From the NCBI GenBank assembly GCA_951406725.2, contig OX597839.1, positions 39,060,001 through 39,124,000 of the forward strand: DNA of 64,000 nt, in the 5' to 3' direction. Positions 1 through 14,492 of the stretch are shown piece after piece. The position numbers and the translations under genes are program-made. This DNA comes from Octopus vulgaris (Eukaryota). Under the pieces are notes generated by a model that was not told the origin of the DNA, made no database searches, and saw only the letters and a program-made list of their open reading frames with translations. Position 1 is the first letter of the stretch, and the number at the start of each line of letters is the position of its first letter.

Positions 1-3
1 CAA

Positions 4-26
4 CAGTAGTAGTAGTAGTAGTAGTG

Positions 27-70
<44 letters not shown>

Positions 71-98
71 GGTGGTGGTGGTGGTGGTGGTGGTGGTG

Positions 99-138
<40 letters not shown>
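4..138. repeat. (GTA)n/(GTG)n trinucleotide microsatellite
   Basis: Directly visible; source of the poly-Val ORF. Confidence 0.95.
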
Positions 139-1068
139 CTACAGCAATAGCACCACCATCATTAGAGTCAGCAAACCGCCAACTCATCACTTTTATCATC
201 ACTACCCTACGTCACCACTGCAACCACTACTATTTTAACGTCACCACCACTACTACAGCTTCTACTACCATTACGACCACTATTATTACTATTATCGTTA
301 CCACCACCACCACCACCACCATCATCACCGTCGCTGCCTACACCGCTGTCGCCACCAATCCTACCATGAACATCACCTCTAACATACTGCCACCACGAAT
401 ACCACAACCATCTCTAAAGTGACCACCACCACCACCACGGCCACAGGCGTAACCATTTCGACCAATGTCACCTCCCACGACGACCACCACCTCAACGACG
501 ACACCAGCACTACACTATTACCACCACGATTACCGTACTCCTACCACCACCATTACTACCTCTACTTCCTTCACCACCACCACCACTACCACCATTACCA
601 CCACCTCCAGTTGTGTGTAATGATTATAGTATCCCAGCATGCTCCAGGTGACAATTCAGTTATTGGTTTCGAACAGGAAATTAAATGATCAATGAGTATT
701 GTTCTAACATGTCTCAGTATCAAAGCTTGTAGTAGTCGTAGTAGTAGTATTTTAGGGGGATGGTGGTGGTGGTGGTGGTGGTGGTTTATAAATTCATCAA
801 TTACAACACGAATAACCACATAACCATACGTATATTCGCTAATGGCCACTGCACAAGGAAGTCTGTATAATATTAGTGTAGCGAAATAGCAGCTAAATTT
901 TCCTCCAAATCACATTCTGCACTTCGTTAAGTCAAGGTAGATGTAGAAAAACAGAAATCTGAAATGGAACAGCAGCGACAACCTTTCTTGTAATGTTGCT
1001 CTTTAGAAGAGTGGAATACAAAGAATAGAAAGAGACACATATAAAGTGAGAGCCATGGATATGTAAGT

Positions 1069-1071
<3 letters not shown>

Positions 1072-1123
<52 letters not shown>
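1072..1123. repeat. (GA)n microsatellite
   Basis: Directly visible. Confidence 0.95.
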
Positions 1124-1127
<4 letters not shown>

Positions 1128-1820
1128 AAGAGCGAGACAGACAAAGAGAAAGAGCTGGAACCGATGGTGATGACAGTAACCGTACGTTTGTGTGACGTCA
1201 AACTGTTATTCTTTCTTCACCTTCAGTTCTCTGATTTTCCGTCTTTCTTTATTGCTCTCTGTGAATTTATTTAGGATAGTGGAACAGAGAAAAATAGAAA
1301 ACGAGAGACAGACATGCAGATGGAGATATAGACTGATAGATTGAGAAACAGAGGTGGGAGAGTGATAGTGTCGACGGTGGCAGATTGACAACTGAATACC
1401 ACAGTCATTCACATAAATAACAGATTGTTGAGAAACCCTTTTTCTTGTTAGGGAAATAGTAATATACTTTACACTGAATTTATTTTCGGAAAGATTACGG
1501 TGTGGATTTTACACACAAGCACACACACAAAACAGCACAGCGCAGTTATCTTTGTGAGTATATAAACCCACAAGCCTCACACGCTTGGTACTATAATAAG
1601 GTGCTGTTGCTAGCGTGTCTGTCTTTCTTTTTCTCTTTTAATCCTGCCTTGGCACATTCCAAAATATCTCATCAACCTCTGTTATCTTTCATAACCTAAC
1701 AACACCTTTTTAGAGAGTAAAATGGATTCAAATTTGGAAGTACAGCTGAGGTATATTTCACTTACAAGAAACCCCCTTACCTGCCAAAAAACTACAAAAA
1801 ACACTATACCCTCGGATAAA

Positions 1821-2180
1821 AGTAACCTTGTGATATACAATTGCTGAAGCACAACATATAAAAACCTAATTAAGATAATTACTTGCCTTCAAAGTTTGTT
1901 CTTATCGGTCCCCCTCCCCCTCACAAAAAAAGGTCGCAAGTTGGCAAACTCTTACGGGTGCAAGAAAAATATTCTTTGCTATACTTGTTTTGACATTTTA
2001 CGCTCTGAGTTCAAATCCTGCCGCGGCCAACTTTGCCTTTCATCCTACCTGTGGTGATAAGATATCGTAACAGTTAATTCACTGGAGTCCATAGTATCGA
2101 TTAATTCCTTAGCCTTGTGCCAAAATCAGAATCCACTGAGTCAGTGATCTGGCAGAATCGTTAGAACATTAAAAAAAAAA
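1821..2180 (+). repeat. Local duplicated block, copy 1 (about 110 bp unique flank plus degenerate SINE-A pieces)
   Basis: Aligns by eye with 4481-4932 and 7011-7344, starting agtaaccttgtgatat. Confidence 0.85.
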
Positions 2181-2210
2181 ACGGGCCCCCAAAAAACAAC
2201 AACACTATAC

Positions 2211-2613
2211 CTATTTCTTTACTACCCACAAGGGGCTAAACAAAGAAGGGACAAACAAGGACAGACAAAGGGATTAAGTCAATTATATCGACCCTAGTGC
2301 GTAACTGGAACTTATTTAATCGACCCCGAAAGGATGAAAGGCAAAGTCGACCTCGGCGGAATTTCAACTCAGAACGTAACGGCAGACGAAATACTTATTT
2401 CTTTACTACCCACAAGGGGCTAAACACAGAGGGGACAAACAAGGACAGACATAGGTATTAAGTCGATTACATCGACCCCAGTGTGTAACTGGTACTTAAT
2501 TTATCGACCCGAAAGGATGAAAGGCAAAGTCGACCTCGGCGGAATTTGAACTCAGAACGTAACGGTAGACGAAATACAGCTACGCATTTCGCCCGGCGTG
2601 CTAACGTTTCTGC
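2211..2613 (-). mobile_element. SINE family A head-body-body dimer
   Basis: Two bodies (ctatttctttactacccacaagggg...ggcagacgaaata) joined at about 2393; B box gagttcaaattcc on the minus strand. Confidence 0.9.
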
Positions 2614-2727
2614 TCGGCTAAAAGGATCCGGATGTGGATCTTCTACAGATGCACACGTAAATGCGTGTATGTGGTTTATAACGAGCAGAAAAAAATTGTA
2701 CTCAATACAAAAGTGCTCTCTTTTTTT

Positions 2728-2926
2728 TTTTTTACTTCTTTCAGTCATTGGAATGTGGCCATGCTGGTCCACCTGGATTTTGGACATACAAATCGACACC
2801 AGTACTAATTAGTTTTCACGTCTAGTACTTTGTCTATCGGACTCTTTTGCCGACCTGCTTAGTTATGGACACGCAAACAAACCAGCACCTGTTCTGAAGC
2901 GGTAGTGGGGACAAACACAAACACAA

Positions 2927-2980
<54 letters not shown>

Positions 2981-3140
2981 GACAGTCTTCCTCACAGTTT
3001 CTGTCAATCAAGTTCGCTCACAAGGCATTGGTCGGTCCGGGACTTAAGTAAAAGGCACTAACACAAGGTACCATGCAGTGGGACTGAACCCGAAACCATG
3101 TGGTAGCAAAGCAAGCTTCTTAACCACACGACCATGCCTG
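2728..3140 (-). mobile_element. SINE family C (tRNA-like head, internal (CA)n/(TA)n)
   Basis: Homologous to 55188-55600 and 62214-62618; head gcagtgggactgaacccgaaaccatgtgg. Confidence 0.8.
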
Positions 3141-3412
3141 AGTATTTTAATTATATTTATCCGAGTACTAATGATTTATGCTGGTACTCATACTTTTAAG
3201 ATTACTGGATATTGTTCAGGATGTCGTTGCTGGTTTGTAAGGAAGGAAATATTATCATGGCGCCGAGGCATCGCTGTTTTAAATATAAGAATGTGTGTTT
3301 CTCTGTCTGTCTGTCTGTCTGTATGTATGTATGTGTGCGTGTGTTGGTGTATGCACGCACGTATGTGTGCATGTATGTATACGTGTGCGCATGTATGGAT
3401 AATACGTGTGTG

Positions 3413-3447
<35 letters not shown>

Positions 3448-3682
3448 GTCAGTATGTGTGCGTATGTATTTATATATATGTTCGTATATGTGCGTGCGTG
3501 TGTATATATATCTATGTATATATTTATATATGGCACACGTCTCTTACTTTCAATATACATAATCCATGAATCTAATCACAAAGAACGCACACACACACAC
3601 ACACATATACACACAAGCCCATACACACACCATATGCACACCTACACACACGACAGTAATCTGCCCACATACGCACGAGATT

Positions 3683-3722
<40 letters not shown>

Positions 3723-4480
3723 ACAGAGAAGCAGACACGGGCAAAATCTAATCAGTATTTGACTATGTTACGTAAGCCGCTGTTCTATGTTACTTTAATG
3801 CTAACAGCCATTGCTGATAAGATAGTGTGGGGTGTGTGCCATGGTAGGAAGGGGGAGAGAAAGAGAGAGAAAGAGAGAGAGAGAGGAGAAGATGATACAA
3901 GCAACAAGACCTTGTTAACGTAATAAGTGTGTTTGTAGGTATATATATATGTGTGCACGAGTGCGTAAGCATATATGTATGTATGTATGTATGTATATAT
4001 AAATACACACATATATACCATACACACACAAAAACATATGTACATCATGTACATACGAATATGTTTGTGCGTATGTATGTGTGCATACATTCACACTTAC
4101 AAGCACACACACATATCGAGGAGAAAGTATGCGTATGTGTGCGTGTATATACATATATAGTATGTGTGTGCGTGTGTATATATATATATATACACACACA
4201 TATATATATACATACATATACATATATATATATATACATATGCATATATATACACACACGTATATATATACACACACACATACACACGCACGCACACATA
4301 TATTATCCGGCATTGTGTGTATCTGTGTTGATAGGAGATTAAGAGATTGTGTAGCTTACAGAGACATTTCAATTTTCTTCGTATTCTCAGTAAAAAAAAA
4401 ATATCTAATTCTTAAAAAAAAAAAACCGAAATAAAAAAAACAACTTTTGTCTTTCATCATCTTTTAATTCGAATCGAACC

Positions 4481-4932
4481 AGTAACCTTGTGATATGCAA
4501 TTGCTGAAACACAACATATAAAAACCTAATCAAGGTAATTACTTGCCTTTAAAGTTTGTTCTTATCGCCCCCCCCCCCCCCAAAAAAAGGTTGCAAGTTG
4601 GCAAAGTCTTAAGGGCGTAAGAAAAATATCATTTGCTATACTTGTTTTGACATTTTACGATCTGAGATCAAATCCTGCCGCGGTTAACTTTGCCTTTCAT
4701 CGCACCTGTGTCGATAAGATATAGTAACATTTAATTTACTGGAGTCGATAACATCGATTAACTCCTTGGCCTTATGCCAAAATCAGAAGTCACTGAGTCG
4801 GTGAACTGGCAGAATCGTTAAAACATCGGAAAAAAAAAAGATGCTTTTTTTGGGGGGGTTTTTTCGGCATTTGTTCCAGCTCTTTATTTTCTGAGTTCAA
4901 ATCCTACTATGGTCAATTTTGCTTTTTCTTTT
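4481..4932 (+). repeat. Local duplicated block, copy 2
   Basis: Near-identical to 7011-7344 and similar to 1821-2180. Confidence 0.85.
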
Positions 4933-4939
4933 CCCCCAC

Positions 4940-5340
4940 GGGGTCGTGAGATAAAGTAACAGTCAAGTACTAGACCGAAGTCATCGACTTAACCCCTCCC
5001 CTCAAAACAGCTGGTTTTGTGCCAAAATTGAATTATTATTGTAGAATTATTATGGTAGAATCGTTACAGCGTCAGAGAAAAAAAAACCTGACATTTCTTG
5101 CAGCTCTTTACGTTCTGATTTCAAATTCCACTGAGGTCAATTTTGACTTTCATCCTTTCGAGGTTGATAAAGTAAAGTACTAGTTAAGTGCTGGCGTCGA
5201 TGGTATCGACAAACCTTCTGCCCTCAAAATTGCTGGCCTTGTGCCTAAAACCAAAAAATCATTAAGGAGGCGTACTAGCAGAATCGTTAGACGCTCAGCA
5301 CTTGTTCTGGTATTTTGCGTTGTGAGTTCAAATCCGCCAA
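4940..5340 (+). mobile_element. Cluster of degenerate SINE-A copies
   Basis: Repeated ggcagaatcgttag / ttcaaattcc / ctttcatcctttcg / ggccttgtgcc motifs. Confidence 0.7.
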
Positions 5341-5924
5341 TCAAATTCACTCGCAAGACACTAGTGCACCAAGGGCTATAATAAAAGACGCTTGCCCACG
5401 GTGCCGCGCTTTAGGACTGAATCCCAAATCTAGTGGTTTCAAAATGAGTTTCTTCACCACACCGCTAAGCCTGTGCCTGAAACACAGCCACGCCTTCTTC
5501 GCTCTCAGTTACATCCCGTTAATTTCTCGGCCTATTCCATTTCTCTCATTCTGTCTTTTCTTTTGTGTTCCTACTTCGTTTTCCAATTTTCTTTCTTTTC
5601 TACGCAGTCATTTATCCTTACCTGGATTTAAGCTTTCTTCCCATTTGCCATTCTTAACGTGAGTAAATTCACCAAAGTATTTTGCTTCCAATCATTTTGT
5701 GTCTTTTTTTTTTTTTTTTTTTGAAACTTTGGATAGTTACAAGCTATATTTCATCTCTGCTTCATAGTAATTCGACACTCTGAGGAGACAAACATTAAGA
5801 TCACTTCGCTAATATCGATTTATCTATCAAAAACACATTCTCTCTACATTGGTTACGCACAGAGAGACACAAACACACGTATTAACCGTAACCGTCACTC
5901 GCAGTTCCCTCTCAGTATCTATCA

Positions 5925-6190
5925 CCCACCTCTTTGTCGAAGGGACTTGTTCCTTTTCCCTTTTCCCTGCTCTTTTTCGTCTTGTAAGTTACTTGGTAAC
6001 CTCACTAGTGCCGATGGCATGGAAAAGCACCCAGTTATCTATGTAAAGAGGTTTGTGTTAGGAAGGGCATCCAGCTGAGGAAATCATGCCAAAGTAAACA
6101 TTGGAGCTCGACGCAGCTCTGCAGCTTGCCGAAATCGTCCCACATGTGACAGCATGGAGAATTGATGTAAAATGATGATGATGATGATGA
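5925..6190 (+). mobile_element. Degenerate SINE family F with (GAT)n tail
   Basis: aggaagggcatccagc motif and cagcatggag...aaatgatgatgatg 3' end, typical of an RTE-mobilised SINE tail. Confidence 0.55.
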
Positions 6191-7010
6191 TCATAATATA
6201 GTGTGGGAGCTGGAGGAAGAAAGAAAAGAGAGAGAGAGCTGCATCAGTATTTGGCTGGTACGAATTTTCAGATAAGCAGATTGGATTAGTGTGAAATGAA
6301 GTGTCTCGCTGAAGGATACAACACGCCACCCGGTCCAGGAATTGAATCTACGACATTATGGTGGTCAGTCTAACATCCTGACTAACCACAACGCCGCATG
6401 TCTGCCATAAAGAGGAATCACTCTTATATTTATAAACCAGTCGACATGAAGCTACAACGAAAGAGTTTTGTATTCACAACATTATTAATCTTCACTGATG
6501 AATTATAAAGAGCGTATGTCTTAAGATGATTGGAAGTATGTCTTAACCATAACGGTTAAGCAGTGAGAATAAAATAAAAATAAAAGTGTAATTATATTTA
6601 GACAAAGGTAGATAAAATGTAATTGAATAATAGGACAGTCAGTTAATAAACGAAATGAATAGTATACTCGTTTGGTGAAAGCAGAACAAATGAAGAAACA
6701 ATTTATACCTCAAAATAGATTTTAGAAAGTCGAATCAAGGAGAATATAAACGCGTCTCTACTTAGTTTAAACTTGAATAATTTGATAGGTGAAGATGAAA
6801 TAAATATCAGAGATGTTTTGTGCCTCGCAGAAACTGCAGGAACTACTCAGAGGTTTTGCAAACTTTCCTTCTAAATCCATCGCAATGTCGAAAACTCTTC
6901 CATGTGAGAAAATATTTCAGGGTTACAAGCCTTTCCCTCAGCACCTGTAAGCTTCGCCTGTTGGACAGTGCCGAAAGACTTCACCTTTAGTCTCTTGTCA
7001 ATGAACAGCC

Positions 7011-7344
7011 AGTTGGCAAAGTTTTAAGAGCGTAAGAAAAATATCCTTTGCTATACTTTTTTTGACATTTTACGCTCTGAGATCAAATCCTGCCGCGGTT
7101 AACTTTGCCTTTCATCGCACCTGTGTCGATAAGATATAGTAACAATTAATTTACTGGAGTCGATAACATCGATTAACTCCTTGGCCTTATGCCAAAATCA
7201 GAAGTCACTGAGTCGGTGAACTGGCAGAATTGTTAAAACATCGGAAAAAAAAGATGCATTTTTTTTTGTTATTTTTTCGGCATTTGTTCCAGCACTTTAT
7301 TTTCTGAGTTCAAATCCTACCATGGTCAATTTTGCTTTTTCTTT
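7011..7344 (+). repeat. Local duplicated block, copy 3
   Basis: Near-identical to about 4596-4932. Confidence 0.85.
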
Positions 7345-7683
7345 CAGCTGCCGTGTCTATCTTTACAGTAGCATTCTTCGGTTTTTGGGGGTTCCAGACC
7401 AATCCCCTGCAAGAATAGCGCACCGATCTAGGGAATGAGGCCGGGCGTCATCTCACAACAAGGACAAAGGATAAGGACAAAGAAACGTTTCGATAGACGT
7501 GTAGAAATTTAGGGAGTCAATTACACCAACCCCAGGACTTGATACGTACTTATCTTACAAATTCCCAAGAGGATGAAAGGCAAACGCAGCTTCGGCGGTA
7601 TTTCAACGCAGAACATAAAAAGAGCGGAAGATGCCGCCAAGCATTTTTGTCTGACATGCTAACGATTGAGCCAGCTTGCCAAG

Positions 7684-7720
<37 letters not shown>

Positions 7721-7728
7721 TAATAATA

Positions 7729-8141
7729 TATTTCTTTACTGCCCACAAGGGGCTAAATATAGAGGGGACAAACGAGGACAGACGAAGAGATTGAGTCGAT
7801 TATATCGCCCCCAGTGCGTAACTGGTACTTTATTTATCGAGCCCGAAAGGATGAAAGGCAAAGTTGACCTCGGCGGAATTTGAACTCAGAACGTAACGGC
7901 AGACGAAATTCCTATTTCTTTATTACCTACAAAGGGGCTAAACACAGAGCGGACAAACAAGGACAGACATAGGTATTAAGTCGGTTACATCGACCCCAGT
8001 GCGTAACTGGTACTTAATTTATCGACCCCGAAAGGATGAAAGGCAAAGTTGACCTCGGCGGAATTTGAACTCAGAACGTAACGACAGACGAAATACCGCT
8101 AAGCATTTCGTCCGGCGCGCTAACGTGTCTGCCAGCTCGCC
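7729..8141 (-). mobile_element. SINE family A head-body-body dimer inside (TAA)n
   Basis: Junction agacgaaatt|cctatttcttt at about 7910; (TAA)n on both sides. Confidence 0.9.
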
Positions 8142-8246
<105 letters not shown>

Positions 8247-8519
8247 AAACAAGCGAAACATAGACAAGTAGATGGAGATAGAGAGAGAGAGAGAGAGACG
8301 AGAGTTAGCTGTATAAACTGAAAGTCTATATCATCAGGTCACGCCAGCTTAGGTCCCAGTAACTCCGGGGAACATTCCCCAACCAACCAACCAACCAACC
8401 AACTTGTCGATCAACCAAACTGGAGCAGTTACCTCCCCTGTCTCTCTCCCTCCTCGTCCTCCTCTCTCGTATACTAATACTCTGCTTTATACTGCCAGAA
8501 ACCACACTGCAAGCAAACA

Positions 8520-8844
8520 TACACACACACACACGCACACGCATACACACACATACATACATTTAAGTACACACATACATTTATATATACAAATATACTT
8601 ATACATTTATACACATGTATATACGCGCTCGCGCATACACACACACACACACGCTCATACACACACATACACACACACACGCACACACACACACACACAC
8701 ACATTTTCTTTATTACACACACACACACACGCTCATACACACACACACACACGCTCATACACACACACGCACACGCTCATACACACGCACACACACACGC
8801 TCATACACAAACACATACACACGCACACACGCACACACACACAC

Positions 8845-8888
<44 letters not shown>

Positions 8889-9075
8889 ACACACACACAC
8901 GCTCATATACACACACGCTCATACACACACACACACGCTCATACATACACACGCTCATACACACACACGCTCATACACACACACACACACACACACACTC
9001 ATTCACATACACACACATACATACACACACACTCATACACACACACACACACACACATTCACACACACACACACG

Positions 9076-9117
<42 letters not shown>

Positions 9118-9120
9118 AAC
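8520..9120. repeat. Compound (CA)n tract with recurring gctcata interruption
   Basis: Directly visible. Confidence 0.95.
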
Positions 9121-9509
9121 ACAAATACCGAGGAGCGTCAGGAAACAATAGCAAAATCGAATAAACCAATTTTCTGCAAGACTGGCTGCAAGGATTGTTC
9201 GAGAAAGATTACAATATTGCTAGAAGAGCAAACAGATAAATATGGGAGGAATGGTAGAAGGTGGGGGAGGGGGGAGGGAGGATGGTGGGGAGGATGGTTG
9301 GGGGGGGGGGGGCATTTGGTGAACTGGTGTGTGGCGGTTGTGGTGGTTGTGGTGGTGGTGGTGGTGGTGGTGACGGTGACGGGACGACGTGGACGGTGTA
9401 GTGCTGTCGGTGTGTTGTGTTGTGTTGTGTTGTGTTGTGTTGGCGGTGGTGGTGGTGGTGCTGATGGCAGTTGGTCGGTGGGGTTGTAGTGGAAGGTTTA
9501 GCAGTTGAT

Positions 9510-9680
9510 GTGTATGTGTATGTGTGTGTGTATGTGTATATGTATGTGTGTGTGTATGTGTGTGTGTGTGTGTGTATGTGTATATGTATGTGTGTGTGTA
9601 TGTGTGTGTGTGTGTGTGTATGTGTATATGTATGTGTGTGTGTATGTGTATATGTATGTGTGTGTGTATGTGTGTGTGTA

Positions 9681-9727
<47 letters not shown>

Positions 9728-10112
9728 ATGTATGTGTGTGTGTATGTGTGTGTGTGTGTGTGTATGTGTATATGTATGTGTGTGTGTATGTGTGTGTGTG
9801 TGTGTATGTGTATATGTATGTGTGTGTGTATGTGTATATGTATGTGTGTGTGTATGTGTGTGTGTGTGTGTGTGTGTATATGTATGTATGTGTGTGTATG
9901 TGTGTGTGTGTGTGTATGTGTATATGTATGTGTGTGTGTATGTGTGTATGTGTGTGTGTATGTGTATATGTATGTGTGTGTGTATGTGTATATGTATGTG
10001 TGTGTGTATGTGTATATGTATGTGTGTGTGTATGTGTATATGTATGTGTGTGTGTATGTGTATATGTATGTGTGTGTGTGTGTGTATATGTATGTGTGTG
10101 TGTGTGTGTGTG
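9510..10112. repeat. Compound (TG)n tract with tatgtgtatatg units
   Basis: Directly visible. Confidence 0.95.
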
Positions 10113-10394
10113 TGATGGGGGCGGGGGGAAGAGGGGTGTGTGCCAGACGCGATGTTGTGTTGTGATTGTAATGTTGGGTTGTTGTTGTTGTTGTTGTCGT
10201 TGTTGTTGTTGGTGGTGGTTCGTGGTGTAGGTGGGAGAGGTCACGGTGTTGTTGGAGGTATGATATCGAAGCTTATGTGTGTGTGATAACAATAACCAGT
10301 ATAAAAACATTGATAACAATAATGATACTGCTACTGTTGATGCTGATGTTGGGAAAACACACATATACACGCATGAATTGCTGGGTACCTACGA

Positions 10395-10483
<89 letters not shown>

Positions 10484-10526
10484 CATATACACATACAGAT
10501 GTGTATGTGTACATATATACAAAAAT

Positions 10527-10574
<48 letters not shown>

Positions 10575-10816
10575 GCATGTAACATTATCTGGTTGTGGAA
10601 TTACAGTCAATATTATCTAATATCATCTGGGTAATAACCTTGTAGCGTGTTTTCCAAAGCTTCTCTTCGGGCATCGGCTACCAAATGCTATTATACTATT
10701 ATACAGTAGGAACTTCCCTTTACCTTGATATACATGTGGAAATCCGGGAGTATCCGTAGCGTATATACAAAAAGAATTTTAATACAAGAAAATTGAATGA
10801 ACAAGGTTTATTAAAA

Positions 10817-10939
10817 CTCACTACACTTGTTTCGGCGCACCAGTATCAGTTTCTAATTGCTGAATATTACATATATTATACACATTATTGCATTAATATG
10901 ATCCAACAATTGCTATATACATGCACGTTTTCAGGCGAA
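10817..10939 (-). ncRNA. Degenerate type I hammerhead-like motif with long stem II insert (Penelope-like fragment about 10575-10995 between (TA)n tracts)
   Basis: Minus strand: ttcgc-CTGAAAA-c-gtgca...tgcgc-c-GAAA-caagtg-TA-gtgag, followed by aataaa; the core has G8>A. Confidence 0.45.
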
Positions 10940-11365
10940 TAGAGTCTAGAGCACTGCTAAATCATCTTTAGTTTCCCTTCGTTATATAGCCACACCATTA
11001 TATATATATATATATATATATTTTAGCGTTCCATTGACGAAGAATAATACGGAAATACAAAAAGATACAATTGAGAAAAATACGAAAAAGAAATTAATGG
11101 AAATAAAAGATAAAAAAATCAAGAAGCTCCTTCTTAACTTCATACTTAACCACAGAATTGTCTCGACTTTTAGGAATATAAACGAACATTTTCAGATAAT
11201 AATGCCATAAAATGATAAACTTGAACAATCACTTGTCTCTTGGTCCTGTTACCGTCTTCCTTCAAAGGAAATCAATGGCATATGGTCACTCTCTTAGCAT
11301 GGTAAGAATCCAAAACCTGTCGGCTTACAGAACTATATATAAAACCGTTAACGGTTATATCCTTA

Positions 11366-11449
11366 GTAGCTCTGAAGAGATTCATTTTATAATGATTTTA
11401 ATTATATAAGTTATCTAAAGATTTCTGAATCGAAACAGCTGTCAGAGAT
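11366..11449 (+). ncRNA. Type I hammerhead-like motif (Penelope-like fragment about 11022-11650)
   Basis: CTGAAGA 11372-78, stem II gattca/tgaatc, GAAA 11432-35, palindromic stem III cagctg, GTC site; stem I only partly paired. Confidence 0.6.
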
Positions 11450-11650
11450 GTCGCCATATTTTATAATCAATTAATATTTTTATTAATTACCTCTCCATTT
11501 TCTCCTTATCCTTTAAATATACAAACTTATGAACCATGGTTTATATGGTTACCTTATCGCTGAACTTTCTATAAATTGGTAACTAACCAGTATTTTCATT
11601 GGATTTATGACCCCTTAATGAGGTTTTTATTACCTTTACTTGATTACACA

Positions 11651-11688
<38 letters not shown>

Positions 11689-11692
<4 letters not shown>

Positions 11693-11878
11693 ATCCAAAC
11701 AAGAAAGCACAAAACAATCACTACAACGCGAGAACGTGGAACAAATATAGTATTATTGGACGCTCAGGAAAGAAGGGAAGAAGGAGGGTTTAACGTTTCG
11801 AGCGGAGCTCTTCGTCGGAAACATAGGAGAAGGAAAGATCCAGAGAAGGGAAGACAGAGGAAAAAAAATCGCCAGGCG
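11689..11878 (-). mobile_element. Short non-autonomous Penelope-like module, family H1, copy 1, inside (TA)n
   Basis: Homologous to 48466-48664 and 26296-26394; shared 3' end ggattaact next to (TA)n. Confidence 0.75.
11788..11822 (-). ncRNA. Minimal type I hammerhead-like motif (CCGACGA core variant)
   Basis: Minus strand: gttt-CCGACGA-a-gagc-tcc-gctc-GAAA-cg-TT-aaac; identical in the copy at 48560-48594. Confidence 0.6.
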
Positions 11879-12317
11879 TATATATATGACCAAATCCGGC
11901 AACTATTAAGTATTGCTATGATAAATTCGTAGGAGCGAAACAGTTGTACTCTTGTAGTTATCCACTATGATATGGTAATAATTGTGTAAATACACCCATC
12001 AATTTAAAGTATTGAGTTCTCTAATCAAACTTGGAAAATATTTTTGCCCTCAAGAATACGCTAACAATAACGCACAAACGCACACACACACATACACAAA
12101 CACATATATAAACATACACTACTACAAATATACATTTACACAGAGAGACACACACACACATATACATAAAACATGATATAATTATACATAAATGCATACA
12201 TACACAAAGAAGAAGAAGAAGAAGAAGAAGAAGAAGAAGAAGAAAAAGAAGAAGAAGAATTCAGTTGGTCTTTACTGCAGTTTCGATGAAATTATACATA
12301 TATACATACATACATAC

Positions 12318-12370
<53 letters not shown>

Positions 12371-12801
12371 TACATACAAATATAGTGAGCAAGATGGACT
12401 GGCAGGTTTATATAGGCATATTTAAAGATACGTTTATATATATACACAAACGTACAAAACACACATACACACTTATATAAATAGACACTACACGTATATA
12501 AACAGATATGCACACGCGCACAAGTATACAAGAGTGTCAGTAATTAGATGAAATGACAGAGTTAAGAATATATTTGCTTAGAGAAGCAATCCACCCTATC
12601 CATAACCCCAAACTTCAATCTAGTCACCCATGTGTAAGAAGGTGGAAACCTGTAGGTATTTCCACATGGTTGCTATCTTCACTTCATTTTTCTCGCCTTC
12701 CAAATTATTTTCCCAAACTGACATCTGTGGAACTTGGTTTCCCCAAACAAACTGATTTTGTAATTTCATTCTGTTTATTTATATGTATTCATACAAATGG
12801 G

Positions 12802-12802
<1 letters not shown>

Positions 12803-12885
<83 letters not shown>

Positions 12886-12918
12886 AGTCTAGTTATCCAT
12901 CTACCTAATTAATATGTA

Positions 12919-12960
<42 letters not shown>

Positions 12961-13003
12961 CGTATATATATATACGCAAATATATATACATATACATATA
13001 TAT

Positions 13004-13049
<46 letters not shown>

Positions 13050-13089
13050 GCAAATATATATACATATATATATATACATATATATATAC

Positions 13090-13122
<33 letters not shown>

Positions 13123-13255
13123 CGCAAATATATATATATATATATATATACATATATATATACATATATATATATATATACATATATATATACATACATA
13201 TATACGTACATATATATATACATTAATTTATATATATATATATATATATATATAC
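12803..13255. repeat. (ATCT)n followed by interrupted (TA)n
   Basis: Directly visible. Confidence 0.95.
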
Positions 13256-13754
13256 ATTCACACACAATTGAAAAGGCTGTTACCACACGTACAAACGTGT
13301 TAGCATGTGTGTGTGTGTACGTAGATAGATAGATAGATAGATAGATAGGAGAGAAAAGCACACACGCACACACTATGGAAACAAACATACGTAAGGAGTA
13401 TAGATACAGACATACGTAAACTCATGTGTGTGACAATGCGTGTATATATATATATATATAACATATCTCTATATCTTATATACATAAACATACGAACACA
13501 CATGCACACAAGTACAGTTTGTAGTGTGTGCGTATGAATAGCGAATAAATTCCCAAACGGTATGTTTCATAAACATACAGTCAATTTCTTAGCGTTTGTT
13601 TACACAGTTAAGCCGAATTTATATTTATTAAACATGCCTATGACAACTTCTTCGCAGTACCTCTTCTCTCTATATACATACATACATACATACAAACATA
13701 CATACATACATACATACATACATACATACACATATATGTGTGTGTCTCTCTCTA

Positions 13755-13803
<49 letters not shown>

Positions 13804-13804
13804 T

Positions 13805-13844
<40 letters not shown>

Positions 13845-13927
13845 TACATACATATATAAATATATATATATAGAGAGAGAGAGAGATAGATATATGTATG
13901 TATGTGTATCTATATATATATAGATAC

Positions 13928-13958
<31 letters not shown>

Positions 13959-13965
13959 CACATAT

Positions 13966-14025
<60 letters not shown>

Positions 14026-14492
14026 GGGAGAGAGAGAGAGAGAGAAAGAGAGAGACACACACACATATATATATACATACATATAGCTACATGTACATTA
14101 ACACACATACAGTCATATATAAATTCATACATATATATATATATATATATATATACGTTCATACACACACTTACATACATACATTGTATAGGAATGTTTG
14201 TTTATGAATGAACATATGCAAGCGTCGACATTGTATATACACCTACACACTATCTTATACGAGTTCTTTGCACGTCTATATGTGTGTGATAAATATACCA
14301 GTACGTGTGTTTAATTCCATGTGCTTGTATAGATGTGAATCTATGTAGATGGCGATGCATATCATGCTGGTATACGAAAGAAAGTTTATACATATCAAAT
14401 ATTATATCACACTGCTTGTTTTGTTAAAGGCCGGCACACTTCTGCCAGTGTATTCTGGACGCTTATTTTCGTTCAAATATATCTTTTATCCG

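Noticed and set aside
1722-1756. ATG...AG|GTATAT possible first exon
   Set aside because: Too short and unsupported; expected by chance.
2467-2812. Recurrent peptide LARRAKC.AVFRLPLRSEFKFRRGRLCLSSFR (also 8019, 21524, 46758)
   Set aside because: Translation of SINE-A, not a protein family.
8404-9489. 361-aa longest ORF
   Set aside because: Mostly (CA)n read-through (HT repeats) and low-complexity G/T sequence.
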